Under the pieces are notes generated by a model. It saw nothing but the letters and a program-made list of their open reading frames with translations, did no database searches and was not told the DNA's origin. The position numbers were made by a program, and so were the translations under genes. 64,000 nucleotides of DNA from Octopus sinensis (Eukaryota): NCBI RefSeq assembly GCF_006345805.1, contig NW_021830031.1:1-64000 (forward strand). The letters run 5' to 3'. Every line of letters begins with the position of its first letter. Position 1 is the stretch's first letter. Of the stretch, positions 49,313-62,516 are shown piece after piece.

Positions 49313-49790
49313 ATCCTTTTCTACTCTAGGCACAAGGCGTGAAATTTGGGCGGTGGGGGGCAGGTGATTAGATCAACTCCAGTACGCAACTGGTACTTAA
49401 TTTATCGACCCTGAAAAGATGAAAGGCAAGGACGACCTCAGCGAAATTTGAACTCAGGATGTAAAGACAGATGAAATACCGCTAAGCATTTTGCCCGGCT
49501 TGCAAATGTTTCTTATTTCTTTACTGCCCATAAGGGGCTAAACATAGAGGGGACAAACAAGGACAGACAAAGGGATTTAGTTGATTATATCAACCCCAGT
49601 TTGTAACTGGTACTTATTTAATCAACCCCATTTCTGGCCATGGGGAAAATCACACCTTGCTTGAAAGCAGTTAAGGGTTGGCAACAGGAAGGGCATCGAG
49701 CGGTAGAAAATCTGCCTCAATAAACTCCATGTGACCCATGCAAACATGGAGGAAGTGGATGTTAAAACAATGGGAATGATAATAATCGTA
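49313..49790. mobile_element. Cluster: SINE C1 (-), C2 tail (-), A2 tail (+)
   Basis: Matches to 5722-5947, 39650-39780 and 18600-18724. Confidence 0.65.
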
Positions 49791-49924
49791 TAGAGTAAAC
49801 TAACGGAAGGATTGCATTTTCAGAAATTCAGTTGAGGAAAATAAAGAAAAGCCTGCATCAAGCAAATTGCCATAATATGGGGTGGCCACGCTTCTATGAT
49901 GATCATATACTAGCACTTTGTTGG

Positions 49925-50237
49925 TTATGATGATGAGGGATTCAGTTGATCTGATCAACAGAACAGCCTACTTGTGAGAGTAATGTGCAAGTGGCTGAGT
50001 ACTCCACAGATACATGTACCCTTAACGTAGTTCTCAAGGAGATTTTCTGCGTGACACAGAAAGTGAGAAGGCTGGCCCCCCTTTGAAATACATGTATACT
50101 TGTTTTTGCCAGGTGAATAGGCTGGAGCAATGTGAAATAAAGCATCTTGCTCAAGGGCACACTGTGCCACCTGGAATCGAACTTGTGACCTTATGATTGT
50201 AAGCCAAGTACCCTAACCACTAAGCCACATGCTTTCA
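49925..50237 (-). mobile_element. SINE head D with tail 2
   Basis: Reverse complement of 26131-26412. Confidence 0.75.
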
Positions 50238-50335
50238 TATAATAATCATATGATTAACTGGAAATAGTAGTCAAATACTCCCTGTCCTTCAACTACATCT
50301 AATGAGATCAGATAGGGGATACCAAATACTGCACT

Positions 50336-51033
50336 TTAACCCTTTTGAATAACAAGCCATCCATAACTGTCCCTGGGGTCTATGATGCAAACTTCCTGTT
50401 TTAAAAATGGTTTAATTTGACCCTTTTGATACTAACCTGCCTGAAACCACCCCTGGCTCTGTAGTACATATGTCTTGTTTTCAAAAGTTCAGAATTAAAA
50501 TCTTCCGCCAAACCTTAGTCACAATTTATGTTCCTAACACTAGCTTAATGATAGCTGAGTTATTTTACTAAATTCTTTGTTATATTCAAAATTAATTGAA
50601 AGAAACACAGAGCATCTCAACAGAAATATGGTAACAAATGGGTTAGCAAATAATTAATTTAACCCTTTTGATATCAACCTGGCTGAAACTGCCTCTGGCT
50701 CTGAGTACAAATGTCTTGCTTTCGAAAGTTCAGAATTAAAATCTTCTACCAAACCTTAGTCACAATTTATGTTCCTAACACTAGCTTAATGATAGCGGAG
50801 TTATTTTACTAAATTCTTTGTTATATTTTAAATTAATTGAAAGAAACACAGAGAACCTCAGCAGAAATATGGTAACAAAAGGGTTAAAATATTTTATCAA
50901 AATTTCATGTTAATTTAAGATTTCAAACACGAGCTTAATACTAACAAAATTGTTTTACTAAATTCACGATTTTCTAAATTAATTGAAATAAAAGCAGTGT
51001 ATTTCAGCAGGAATATGGTAATGAAAGAGTTAG
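50336..51033. mobile_element. Tandem array of piggyBac-like MITEs (family 2, about 229 bp)
   Basis: TTAACCCTTTTGATATC..GTAACAAAAGGGTTAA at 50659-50887 and a sibling at 50417-50646, with partial copies on either side. Confidence 0.8.
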
Positions 51034-51139
51034 ATGAAATTATCTTTAGCTGTCCATCGTACGTTGATGTTGAAAGTTCTTGTTCACTATTCACCTCCAG
51101 CAGGTTTGTCTTGGAACGGCATTCACCCTAGAGGGGTTA

Positions 51140-51665
51140 AGCTGGCTCCTATTGAGTTTACCAAGTCATGGGTCAAAGCGGTCGATGCATGTCTGTTGGC
51201 AGCCAATTCAGCATCATGCTGAAGCCATTCCCAGTTCCATTGATAAACGCCAAAGACTCAAGGTCTGGAAATGAGCTCCATATCTGTTTTCAATGTTGTG
51301 AGCCATGTCTTCAGCTGACCACTTCTCTGCTTACGCCAACCCAGAGGAGAATCTGGTGCTATTGCCTTCTGGACAAGTTTGTCATGTAGGCATTGCAATG
51401 CCTGACCAGACCACCATTGTCTGCTCATCAGAAGACTTTCGTCAAGAGGTGAGGGACTGAAGTGAGCGTAAAGTTGTCAGTACGAAATGCAGTCTGAGAT
51501 ATGCAATCAGAGAAGACGATGAGTACAGAGGCATTTGAAGACCTCCAGCTTCTGGAGATCAGCAACATGTATTCGCCAGGCCTCACAACCATAGAGGAGA
51601 ACAGTTCAGACAAGCGCCTGGTAAATACAACATTTTATCGCAAGGCGGATCTCCTGACATGACCA
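51140..51665 (-). mobile_element. Second RTE-clade LINE lineage, decayed ORF2 C-terminus
   Basis: EIRLAIKCCIYQALV*TVLLYGCEAW..DLQKLEVF..GWRKQRSGQLKTWLTTLKTDME. Confidence 0.8.
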
Positions 51666-52535
51666 CAAGCACCTATGAACACACAACAAAACAAAACATC
51701 TCTGGCAGGTTTGTATGTGGGTAGCAAAAAGAAAAGAGAGGTAGAAGAGTAGGACTTGCTCCAAGCAGATTCCCAGAGAATGAATGCATAATGGTATTTC
51801 ATCATCCTCTTTGGCACTCCTGTTTGTTTACTGGTTTCAGTCATTCAAAATGTGGCCATGCTGGAGCAGGCATTGATTTGTAATGTAATAATTAATTACA
51901 TTAACTTCCCAGTACTTATTTTAATTGATCTCAGAAGGATGAAAGATAAAGTGGGTTTCAGTACAAATTATGCCCTGATTATAAAGGGATTTCCGAAGAA
52001 CATTTTGTTCTTCAATCTACCCATTCTGCCATCCTCATACTCGGCTGCTTGAAATAGCAGCCAAAACATTCCTCAGTATAATATCAAGATTTCCATATGT
52101 TTACAGTGTTGGTTTCTAGGGTAGCCCCTTAACATGGTCTACTGGATATAGCACTTCTAGTCCCTCAACCAGTTCCAGTAGCTATAGTAGCCTTATGTGA
52201 ATCCTCAATCTGTTCCAATAGATAGACATAACAGCCTTGTGTAGATTCTTAACATGTACTTGACTGAGGGAACCAAAGGTCAAACCAGATGAGGACTGGT
52301 AACTGATAGTCCACCTCTTCATTACTTGGCAACCTGTATCGATTTATGTCCCAGTGACTTAGCAGTTCAGTAAAAGACTGACAAAATAAGTGTCAGACTT
52401 TAAAAAATAAGTACTGAGGTTCATTTGTCCAACTAAAAACTCGTCGAGGTGGTGTCCCAGTATGGCCACAGTCCAATCACTGAAACAGGTAAAAGACAAA
52501 GAATGATATATCTGCAACTCAACAACTGAGACAGA

Positions 52536-52730
52536 TTATCCCTTTAGCATTTAAACCAGCTATATTCGGCCTTAAATATCCTACCAGTTCTATTTGCAAA
52601 CTGACCAGATCTGGCTTCTCACATTTACCCTACAATGTCATTCTAAAAATAGACAGACACATCATCAAAATCTTGAAGCTATAAAATAATACAAGATTAA
52701 TTAAGAACAATGTGAATAAAAGTCTTGCAA
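52536..52730. mobile_element. piggyBac-like MITE family 1 (inverted relative to 8430-8657)
   Basis: CCCTTTAGCATTTAAACCAGC..TTACCCTACAATGTCATTCTAAAAA. Confidence 0.6.
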
Positions 52731-52789
52731 AAAAACTGCACATGCAAGTGCTACTAATCAAAAATTCCGCATACCGGAAGCCAGCAAGA

Positions 52790-53215
52790 GTATGGGGTCA
52801 TCAGGAGAGAATGCATGCCATTTCGGGGCCTACCTCTCGACGACATCAATGCGCACCGGCCCCCCCTCACTGATATGAGGCCCCGCTTGCTAGATCAACT
52901 GGTTATCAAATAAAGCTCAATATTCTTCTAGCCATCGCTCATTGTCTCTTTTTAACCATATCCAGTGGCTAGCCTTCTCCACTGTAGATTGGATATCGAT
53001 CATGGTGGTATTGACTTTATGATGAGTTAAACCTGACAATAACAACAGTCGTTTCACACTGTGTCCAACAAACCCTTTACATCCAACTTCGATTGGAAAA
53101 TGCTCTGCTTTCCAGCCTGTGTCTTCACATTCCTCGAGGAGGTTTACATAACAGTCAATCTTTCGAGCCCGAGCGGCATCCATGTTGTCTTCATGAGGAA
53201 CCGTTAACTTGACAG
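52790..53215 (-). mobile_element. Hero/NeSL-like non-LTR element 3' end with a restriction-like endonuclease remnant
   Basis: KLTVPHEDNMDAARARK..Y..L..EC..TGW..FPIEVGCKGFVG..EKASHWIWLKR (ORF 52917-53183 plus upstream codons). Confidence 0.8.
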
Positions 53216-53543
53216 AATAATCTGAATACTAAAGGATTAACAAAGAGATTTGGATTTGGTCTATCTTTGAGTTGGGGCTGCAAGTTTCAGCCAGACATCA
53301 TCGAAGGGAACATAAGGAGTGAGCTGATATCATTTAGTAGGTGAACCAGGAATTGAACCCATGACATTAAGATCATGAGTTGAACACCCTGGGACTCATA
53401 TAGATCCTACACTTTGATCTTAGCCAAAAGGCTGAGAAGCGATGAGGGTTGTATATTCTTGTATTCTTCTATTCCTGTACTTGTTTCAGTCATTTGACTG
53501 TGGCCATGCTAGAGTACCACCTTTAGTTGAACACACATATATA

Positions 53544-53925
53544 TATTCTTTTATTCTTTTACTTGTTTCAGTCATTTGACTTTGGCCATGCTGGAGCACT
53601 GTCTTTAGCCAAGCAAATCAACCCCTAGGACTTATTCTTTGTAAGCCTAGTACTTATTCTATCAGTTACATTTCGCCACACTGCTAAGTTACAGGGAAGT
53701 AAACACACCAACATCGGTTGTCAAGCGATGGTGGGGGGACAAACACAGACATACAAATACACACACACACATATATACGATGGGCTTCTTTTCAGTTTCT
53801 GTCTACCAAATCCACTCACAAGGCTTTGGTCAGTCCAAGGCTATAGTAGGTGCCACGCAATGGGACTGAACCTGGAACCATGTGGGTGGGAAGGAAGCTA
53901 CTTACCACACAGCCATGCCTGCACC
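53544..53925 (-). mobile_element. SINE A1, near full length (extra tail fragment at 53475-53530)
   Basis: Match to the reference copy. Confidence 0.85.
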
Positions 53926-54129
53926 AACAGATCAAATAGCTAATAACATACATCATCTTCTAGTTTGTTGTATTCTGTCTCTGTTACTGCAAAACAGTGC
54001 ACCTAAAAACGCATCATCTACTGCAGTGCATCCTTCATTTCTAAGAGAGTAGACAACATGTAATTCTGTCGATTTGGTTGCTCTTTCCAGCAGTTTGACA
54101 AACTCGCTGACACAAACATGCTTTATCAT

Positions 54130-55397
54130 CACCTTTGCACTCATCAAAATAAAAATACCACCACCATCATCACCCCCACCTTCACCATCACCACTACTAC
54201 AGTTCCTCACCAACACCATTTCACAACCTCTACAATCACTACTACCACCACCCACGCCAAAACAACCGACCTTCTCCATCGCCATCATCACTTTTACCAG
54301 CTCCAACCAATACTACCACTGCCAGCAACACTACTCACCACAGCTACCAGCGCAACTACCAGAACCACCACAACCATCTCCGTCATCAGCACTACCACTA
54401 ACTACCAATGCCCACCACTCTGACAACCACTACCAACAAAACTACCTCTGCCAGTACCACCCCCACAACCTCCGTCTCCACCAACACCATCCCATCCACC
54501 ACCACCTCCAACAACACTACATCCACCACCAACTCCAACAACACATCCACCACCACCACCACCATCACCTCCAACAACACCACATCCACCACCACCTCCA
54601 ACAACACCACATCCACCACCACCTCCAACAACACTACATCCACCACCACCTCCAACAACACCACATCCACCACCTCCAACAACACCACGTCCACTACCAC
54701 CACCATCCTCCAACAACACCACATCCACCACCACTTCCAACAACACCACAACCACCACCACCACCGCCATCCCATCCACCACCAACAATCCTACTCCTGC
54801 CAACACTACCATTAACACTATTCCACCATCTCCACCACCAACAACCATCACATCCACCACCACCACCACCACCACCATCATCAACATCATCACTTCCTCC
54901 ACTGACACCTCCTCCACTGACACCTCCTCCACCTCCACAGTAAATATATTTACCATGGTATTTAGCAACAGGAAATCAGTAGCAAAGGGCGGAGGGATGG
55001 AGGGGGCGCGGAGTGGAGGGCAAAGGTTAGAAACCATTTCTTGTGGTGATCAGGTTCTGTGAGTGATGATGGTTATGGTATTGGCAGTAGTGCTAGTGGT
55101 GATAACAGAAATAGTATTAACAGTGATGGCGATGGTGGTTATGGTGAGTACAGTGGTGGTGGTGGTGGGTGTTGTTGTTGATGGTGGTGGTGGTGGTGAT
55201 GATGGTGGTGATGGTACAGGTTGTAGCGCAGTAATTGTGTTGGTGGTGGGTATTGTGTTGGTGATGGTGTCGGTGGTCATAGTGAAGATACTGGTAGTGT
55301 TCTAGTAGTAGTCTTGTATATTGTGGTGGTGGTGGTGGTGGTGACAGTGGTAGTAGCGAATGCAGTGGTGGTAGTAGCAGTAGTAGTAGTAGCAGTC

Positions 55398-55434
<37 letters not shown>

Positions 55435-55438
55435 CGGT

Positions 55439-55473
<35 letters not shown>

Positions 55474-55493
55474 TGGTGGTGGTGGTGGTGGCG

Positions 55494-55524
<31 letters not shown>

Positions 55525-55580
55525 TAGTACTAGTACTAGTAGTAGTAGTAGTAGTAGTAGTGGTGATGGTGGTGGTGCGA
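54130..55580. repeat. Trinucleotide low-complexity field: CCA/CAA-rich block with a 27-bp unit, then a TGG/TAG-rich block
   Basis: CCACCTCCAACAACACCACATCCACCA units at about 54500-54740. Confidence 0.9.
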
Positions 55581-55689
55581 GGTTTGTGCCAATGCACAAC
55601 ACTCGGTTCGTTTGATGATAATCACTATTTTATTTATTATATATAAATAGATAACGAAATAATATTGTAAACATAACGATTTACATGCG

Positions 55690-55886
55690 CACACAAACAC
55701 ACACACACACACACACACACGTACGCACATATAATAACCCCTTTCACGATCGTACGTGCAACTAAAATATACGCACACACATCCACATACATAGACATAC
55801 ATACATACATACACACATACATACATACATACACACACACATACATATACACACACATACATACACACATACATACATACATACAT

Positions 55887-55921
<35 letters not shown>

Positions 55922-55987
55922 TACATACATACATACATACATAGACATACATGCATACATACATACACACACACACACACATTACAT

Positions 55988-56049
<62 letters not shown>

Positions 56050-56229
56050 CATACATACATACATACATACATACATACATACATACATACATACATACAT
56101 ACATACATGGATAAGGATCAAGCTGCAGAAAACGACGCATATACATACATACATACACACACACAGCTATAAATGTAAAATACACATACATGAATAAAAT
56201 ATAACACATTCTCTCTCACTGTCACTCTC

Positions 56230-56260
<31 letters not shown>

Positions 56261-56466
56261 CACTATCTCTATCTATCTATCTATCTATCTCTCTATCTCT
56301 CTCTCACACACACACATACACACACACACACACACAGAAAGAAGAAGAGGGTGGGAGAGAGAGGGAGCACTGCGATTAGAATTGGTGTTTCCGAAATCAA
56401 CACGCCCACACACTTCTATGCAAGAAGTGTGCTTCTGTGCGAGAAAAAAAAAACTGTGTATGCATG

Positions 56467-56497
<31 letters not shown>

Positions 56498-56685
56498 GCG
56501 TGTGTATATATGTGTTTACATAAATGCATGTATGTGCATGAGTGAGAGAGAGAGAGACAGGCGTGTGTATTTATGCGTATATTTATATATGCATATATGT
56601 ATGTTTATGCAAACGCATACATAAAACATGCATTAACACGAAGACACAAACAAGTGTGTACATGCATATATACATATGCAACCAT

Positions 56686-56733
<48 letters not shown>

Positions 56734-57009
56734 GCATATACAATTGTGTGGGGTGTGTATACGTACATAAACATACATTAACATTTTGACACTAGCAAGT
56801 GTGTATGCTAATAAGCAAGCAATGGTTTTATATGCACCTACATATATATGTGTGTGTGTGTGTGTGTGTTAGTTTGTGTGTGTAAACACATTAAGATGCT
56901 AACACATCGTGTATATATACACACACGCATGCAAAGAAAGCATTACCAAATAGAGAAATACGTAATAACGCAGAAGACACGCTATGCGTATTATACATAT
57001 ATATATACA

Positions 57010-57069
<60 letters not shown>

Positions 57070-57734
57070 TACATATATATATATACACATACATATATAT
57101 ATACACAACATACATATATATATATATATATATACACATACATATATATACACATACATACATATATATATATATACATATATATACACAACATACATAT
57201 ATATACATACATACATATATATATACACATACATACATATATATATACACATACATACATATATATATATATACATACATACATATATATATATATACAC
57301 ATACATACATATATACACATACATACATATATATATACACATACATACATATATATATACACATACATACATATATACACATACATACATATATATATAT
57401 ACATACATATATATATACATACACATACATACATACATATATACACATACATACATACATACACATACATACATATATACACATACATACATACATATAT
57501 ACACATACATACATATATACACATACATACATATATACACATACATACATATATATATACACATACATACATATATATATACACATACATACATATATAT
57601 ATATATATACACATACATACATACATATATATATACACATACATACATACATACACATACATACATACACATACATATATACACATACATACATACATAT
57701 ATATACACATACATACATACATATATATATATAC

Positions 57735-57765
<31 letters not shown>

Positions 57766-58000
57766 CACATACATACATACATACATATATATATACACAT
57801 ACATACATATATATACACATACATACATATATATACACATACATACATACATATATATATATACACATACATATATATATATACACATACATACATACAT
57901 ATATATATATACACATACATATATATATATACACATACATACATATATATATATACACATATATATATATACACATACACACACACACACACACACACTT
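55690..58000. repeat. (TACA)/(TA)/(CA)/(CTAT) microsatellite field
   Basis: Direct reading. Confidence 0.9.
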
Positions 58001-58369
58001 GTCTTGTATATGTGCTTGTATAAATTGTGAGGCAATCGCGGGAGAAACCATACGCCCACACAGAGATGCGAGGAGCTCCGTTGGACGAACGGCTCGGCAT
58101 TGTCAAAGAGATCTGTGAAATAATGGAATTGGTATGTTGAGAGGGTGTGTTGAATGGGTGGGTCGGTGAGAGGGTGTAGATTCAAGGAGGGAGGGATCAA
58201 TGTGTGGTTGTTTAACAAAACATAACAATATACACACATGCATGCATACATACATACATACATACACACACGCATACATATATACATACGGATCTTGAGC
58301 CTATACACACATACACACGTGTGTGTACGAAATTACAGATATACAAACAAATGCATAGAGCATTATAAA

Positions 58370-58860
58370 ACATATATACATGCATATATATGCATACACA
58401 CATATGCACACACATAACACACATTATGCCTATATATGTGTAAACGTGTACATACATATACATGCATATATGCACATATACACACTATACACATGCATAT
58501 ATATATATGCATACACACATATGCACACACATTACACACATTAAGCCTATATATGTGTAAACGTGTACATACATATACATGCATATATGCACATATACAC
58601 ACAATACACATGCATATATATATATGCATACACACATATGCACACACATTACACACATTATGCCTATATATGTGTAAACGTGTACATACATATACATGCA
58701 TATATGCACATATACACACTATACACATGCATATATATATATATGCATACACACATATGCACACACATTACACACATCATGCGTATATATGTGTAAACGT
58801 GTACATACATATACATGCATATATGCACATATACACACAATACACGTGCATATATATAGA
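58370..58860. repeat. 117-119-bp minisatellite, about 4 copies, built from dinucleotide sequence
   Basis: TAAACGTGTAC at 58441, 58558, 58675 and 58794. Confidence 0.9.
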
Positions 58861-58877
58861 TTTAGATATATATATAT

Positions 58878-59040
58878 AGTCCCCGTCACTTAGCGGTTCG
58901 GCAAAAGAGACCGATAGAATAAGTACTGGGCTTACAAAAGAATAAGTCCCGGGGTCGAGTTGCTCGATTAAAAAGGCGGTGCTCCAGCATGGCCGCAGTC
59001 AAATGACTGAAACAAGTAAAAGAATAAAAGAGTAAAGAGT
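58878..59040 (+). mobile_element. SINE A1 3' half (CpG-intact)
   Basis: CCCCGTCACTTAGCGGTTCGGC..GTAAAAGAATAAAAGAGTAAAGAG. Confidence 0.85.
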
Positions 59041-59088
<48 letters not shown>

Positions 59089-59258
59089 TATACACACACA
59101 CACACTAAGAGATATATACTTGCACACATGTATATACACTCGTACATCTACGCATTTGTATATGCATATATACATACACACATACACACACATTGCTCCA
59201 TTAGACAGAGTGAACACAACAAGATATACAAACGTAAGAAGACAGGCATATCGACATA

Positions 59259-59503
59259 CAAGTGGTTGGCCGAAAAGTTCCTGGCCTTAAGGGTGACACG
59301 CAAGACCTGGCTGGAAGGCCCAACCTTCGGAGATCTTTTTGCAGGGCTTAGAAAAACTGAAGGACCGCTGCTGCAATAAGTGTGTGAATCTGAGATGGTG
59401 GCGGGGAGGGGTGAGGAGGGATATGTTGGATAAAAATCATAATTAACTGATCCGCCTGTATTTTTTTTTTTTTACACAAAGCTAGGCTCTTTCCAGCACC
59501 CCC
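59259..59503 (+). mobile_element. Mariner-derived non-autonomous element
   Basis: TA|CAAGTGGTTGGCCGAAAAGTTCCTGGC left end. The internal EKLKDRCCNKCVNLR..GYVG* resembles a mariner transposase C-terminus, and the right end is degenerate. Confidence 0.6.
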
Positions 59504-59519
59504 ACCCCACCCCGTGAAT

Positions 59520-59553
59520 TAGATAGATAGATAGATAGACGGACGGACGGACG

Positions 59554-59639
<86 letters not shown>

Positions 59640-59697
59640 TGGATGAATGGATAGATGGATAGATGGACGGACGGACGGACGGACGGACGGACGGACG

Positions 59698-59728
<31 letters not shown>

Positions 59729-59769
59729 AGATGGATGGATGAATGGATAGATGGATAGATGGATAGATG

Positions 59770-59823
<54 letters not shown>

Positions 59824-59885
59824 TGGATGAATGGATAGATGGATAGATGGACGGACGGACGGACGGACGGACGGACGGACGGACG

Positions 59886-59927
<42 letters not shown>

Positions 59928-59965
59928 TGGATGGATGAATGGATAGATGGATAGATGGATAGATG

Positions 59966-60039
<74 letters not shown>

Positions 60040-60060
60040 TAGATAGATAGATAGAAAGGT
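59520..60060. repeat. Compound tetranucleotide repeat (GATA/GACG/GACA/GATG) with a 184-bp higher-order duplication
   Basis: GATGGATGAATGGATAGATGGATAGATGGACGG at 59638 and 59822. Confidence 0.9.
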
Positions 60061-60678
60061 AGGCATACAGCCATGCAGGCAGACAGCCACCGAAAGTAAA
60101 TATCGATAGATACATGTTGAATCAGACAATAGTGTAGCTATTGGTGGAACATAACAGGTGGTTCTTGTAAGTAGTAGTAGTAGTAGCAGTAGTAGTGGTG
60201 GTGGTAGTAGCATATGACTGAGTAGCGGTGGGAGTAGACGAATTAATAGCAACGGAGGTGGTATACCGAAGGACTGGCTGTAGTAGTAGCGGCAGCAGCA
60301 GCAAGGATTTTCTAACACTACCTCTCCCCCCCACCACCACCACCACAAACACATACATACGTTTTTGCTATTAAATCCTGCGCTTCTCTGTGCTACAGGC
60401 AGCAAGGCATGAGCACCACTAAATCTCCCCCCCCCCACCATTCGATCACCATTGTCTCGCTTCACCTTTACATCGTCTTAGCACAACTGTTGTCAATGAC
60501 CTCTGTTTTTGGTATTAAACCATCATCATCATCATCATAATCATTGTAATCAACATACTAAATCATCATCATCATCATCATCATCTACAGCTTAATCCTC
60601 ATCGCAAACGATTAATTATAATCATCGTCGTCGTCGTCATAGTGCCGAATCGTCGAGCCAACGAGAAAACGTTTGCAG

Positions 60679-60836
60679 CAGTCCATGGGTAAACTGCGGC
60701 CCGCAGGGTTTTCTGAAATGGCACGTCTAGCGAAAAAAATTTACCTTGAATATTTTTAGTAGTGCGGCGGGTCGCATGATGTGCGCGGTCCGTGTCACAT
60801 GCGGCCCGCTTCTCGTTAAAACGTTGCCCAAGCCTG
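60679..60836. mobile_element. hAT (Charlie-like) MITE
   Basis: CAGTCCATGGGTAAACTGCGGCCCGC..GCGGCCCG..TTGCCCAAGCCTG; the TSD is not clear. Confidence 0.6.
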
Positions 60837-61132
60837 TTCTACGCGGTCGCTGGAACAGCTGGAAATCTCTCAACACACTATATATATATATTTTCTTTTT
60901 CCCCAATTTATATTCATGTATGTTATTTTGTAATAATCACTGGTATCCTTATATATCAATATATTTTATATCTTATATGTAAAGCATAAAATGTTATACA
61001 TATTATACCTGTATGTATATTCTTGTAATTGTCAGTTTAGTAAATAAATAAATAATTTAACATAATATCATGTCTAAAAGTTGATGAACCACCTATTGAT
61101 CCCCTCCATTTTCTTATTGCTATATATATAAA

Positions 61133-61467
61133 AAGGTAAAGACCCCCTTCGGTCATGAGTGACCATGGGTTTGCACCTAGAGAGTTACCCTCTGAGGCAC
61201 AAGTCTGGGCAAGGTTGTTTTATGGAAGACCAGTAGTCGCCCATGCATACCGGCCTCCCCTCTCCACGCCACCAGTGTTATCCAAGGGAAAGACAAAGGT
61301 CGATACAGCTTGGCACCCGTGACGTCGCAACTCATTTCTACAGCTGAGTGAACTGGAGCAACGTGAAATAAAGTGTCTTGCTCAAGAACACTACACGCAG
61401 CCCGGTCCGGGATTCGAGCTCACAACCTCACGATCGTAAGCTCGATGCTCTAACCACTGAGCCTTCG
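61133..61467 (-). mobile_element. SINE D1, full length (CpG-intact)
   Basis: Reverse complement of 15098-15425. Confidence 0.85.
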
Positions 61468-62516
61468 CTATATATATATATATATATATATATTAAATGG
61501 GCACGTTGGATAATGTAGTCCAGAGTTCCCTACAGGAATGGTCATGGTTAGAACGGCTCATCAACAAACAAAGTAACAAAGGCAAGTGCTCCCGTCAAGA
61601 TATTTCCCCCACCGAAATTCCACAACCACGAAGACGAAAAATGTGTACTGTATTTGAAGGCATATATACGCACCTTTTTCAAAGGAAAAAAAAAGTCTCA
61701 AACAAATATAAATAATAAATCAGCCTGGATCCTCTATGCGAAGTTGGATCTCCCATGAGCTTTAATGCACTAAAAACATTTATTCTTGAATATGCGTTGC
61801 TGAGATTGGGATGCCTCTAAGACGCTCGTGCGTCTTTTATACCATCAAATACGATACTTTACACGTAAACTACGATTTCAGCCCTTCGTTCTGTCAGGAA
61901 CCTAAAAGCTCAAAGTCTAACGGCCAGGGGAAAATATAAACACTTACCAAAAACCTCCAAGAGTCTGAAGGAACCACTGTACCGGTTAATATCTGCAATT
62001 ACTCGTATCAATACTCTGAAGTCCCCAGAATCTGAGAACTGGGAAAGCTTATAACAATTCTAAAAGTGAAGAAATACCCAAATGTAGTAACATCATAGTG
62101 ACCCGTCACCCTCAGTAAAGATCCTCAAATATTCGAGAAAACATTAATCCATGATATCACTAATCTACATAATCTTCCTCTCCAAGACCCCCAACATTTT
62201 GGTCAAGTGTCTTTTACTATAACTTCAGGAAACTGAAAGAAGCCCAGCATGTATATATGTGTGTGTGCGTGTCATTGTTTGTGACCATCCAACAGCGCTT
62301 GACAATCGGTGTTGGTGTGTTTACATCCCTGTAACCATTATTCCCGCCACCATTCTCGGGTCTCCAAACCTATACAGATTTATACAGCTGACTCAAAAGT
62401 GCCTCCCTCATAAAAAGCATCTCCCAGGGCGTGCGGCTCAACTGCCCCGTCCTGTCTATCGGAGAAAATACTCGATGGTTTCAACAACAACAACAAAAAA
62501 GTTTGCGGGGGGGGGG

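Noticed and set aside
54074-54943. Mucin-like TTSNNTTST or His/Gln/Pro-rich ORFs
   Set aside because: The T-poor CCA/CAA strand can hardly form stop codons, several overlapping frames are open, and I found no signal peptide or splice support.
56891-58308. Longest ORFs in the track (345-469 aa, YI/VC/HT-rich) and similar ones at 12.2-12.9, 23.1-23.6, 31.5-32.0 and 46.4-47.1 kb
   Set aside because: They are translations of (TA)/(CA)/(TACA) microsatellites, open in several frames on both strands, with no domain content.
61700-62195. Possible Penelope-like RT remnant (ITILKVKKYPNVV..LSKDPQ)
   Set aside because: There is only a faint resemblance to the ADKG region, with in-frame stops. It is left unannotated pending an HMM search.
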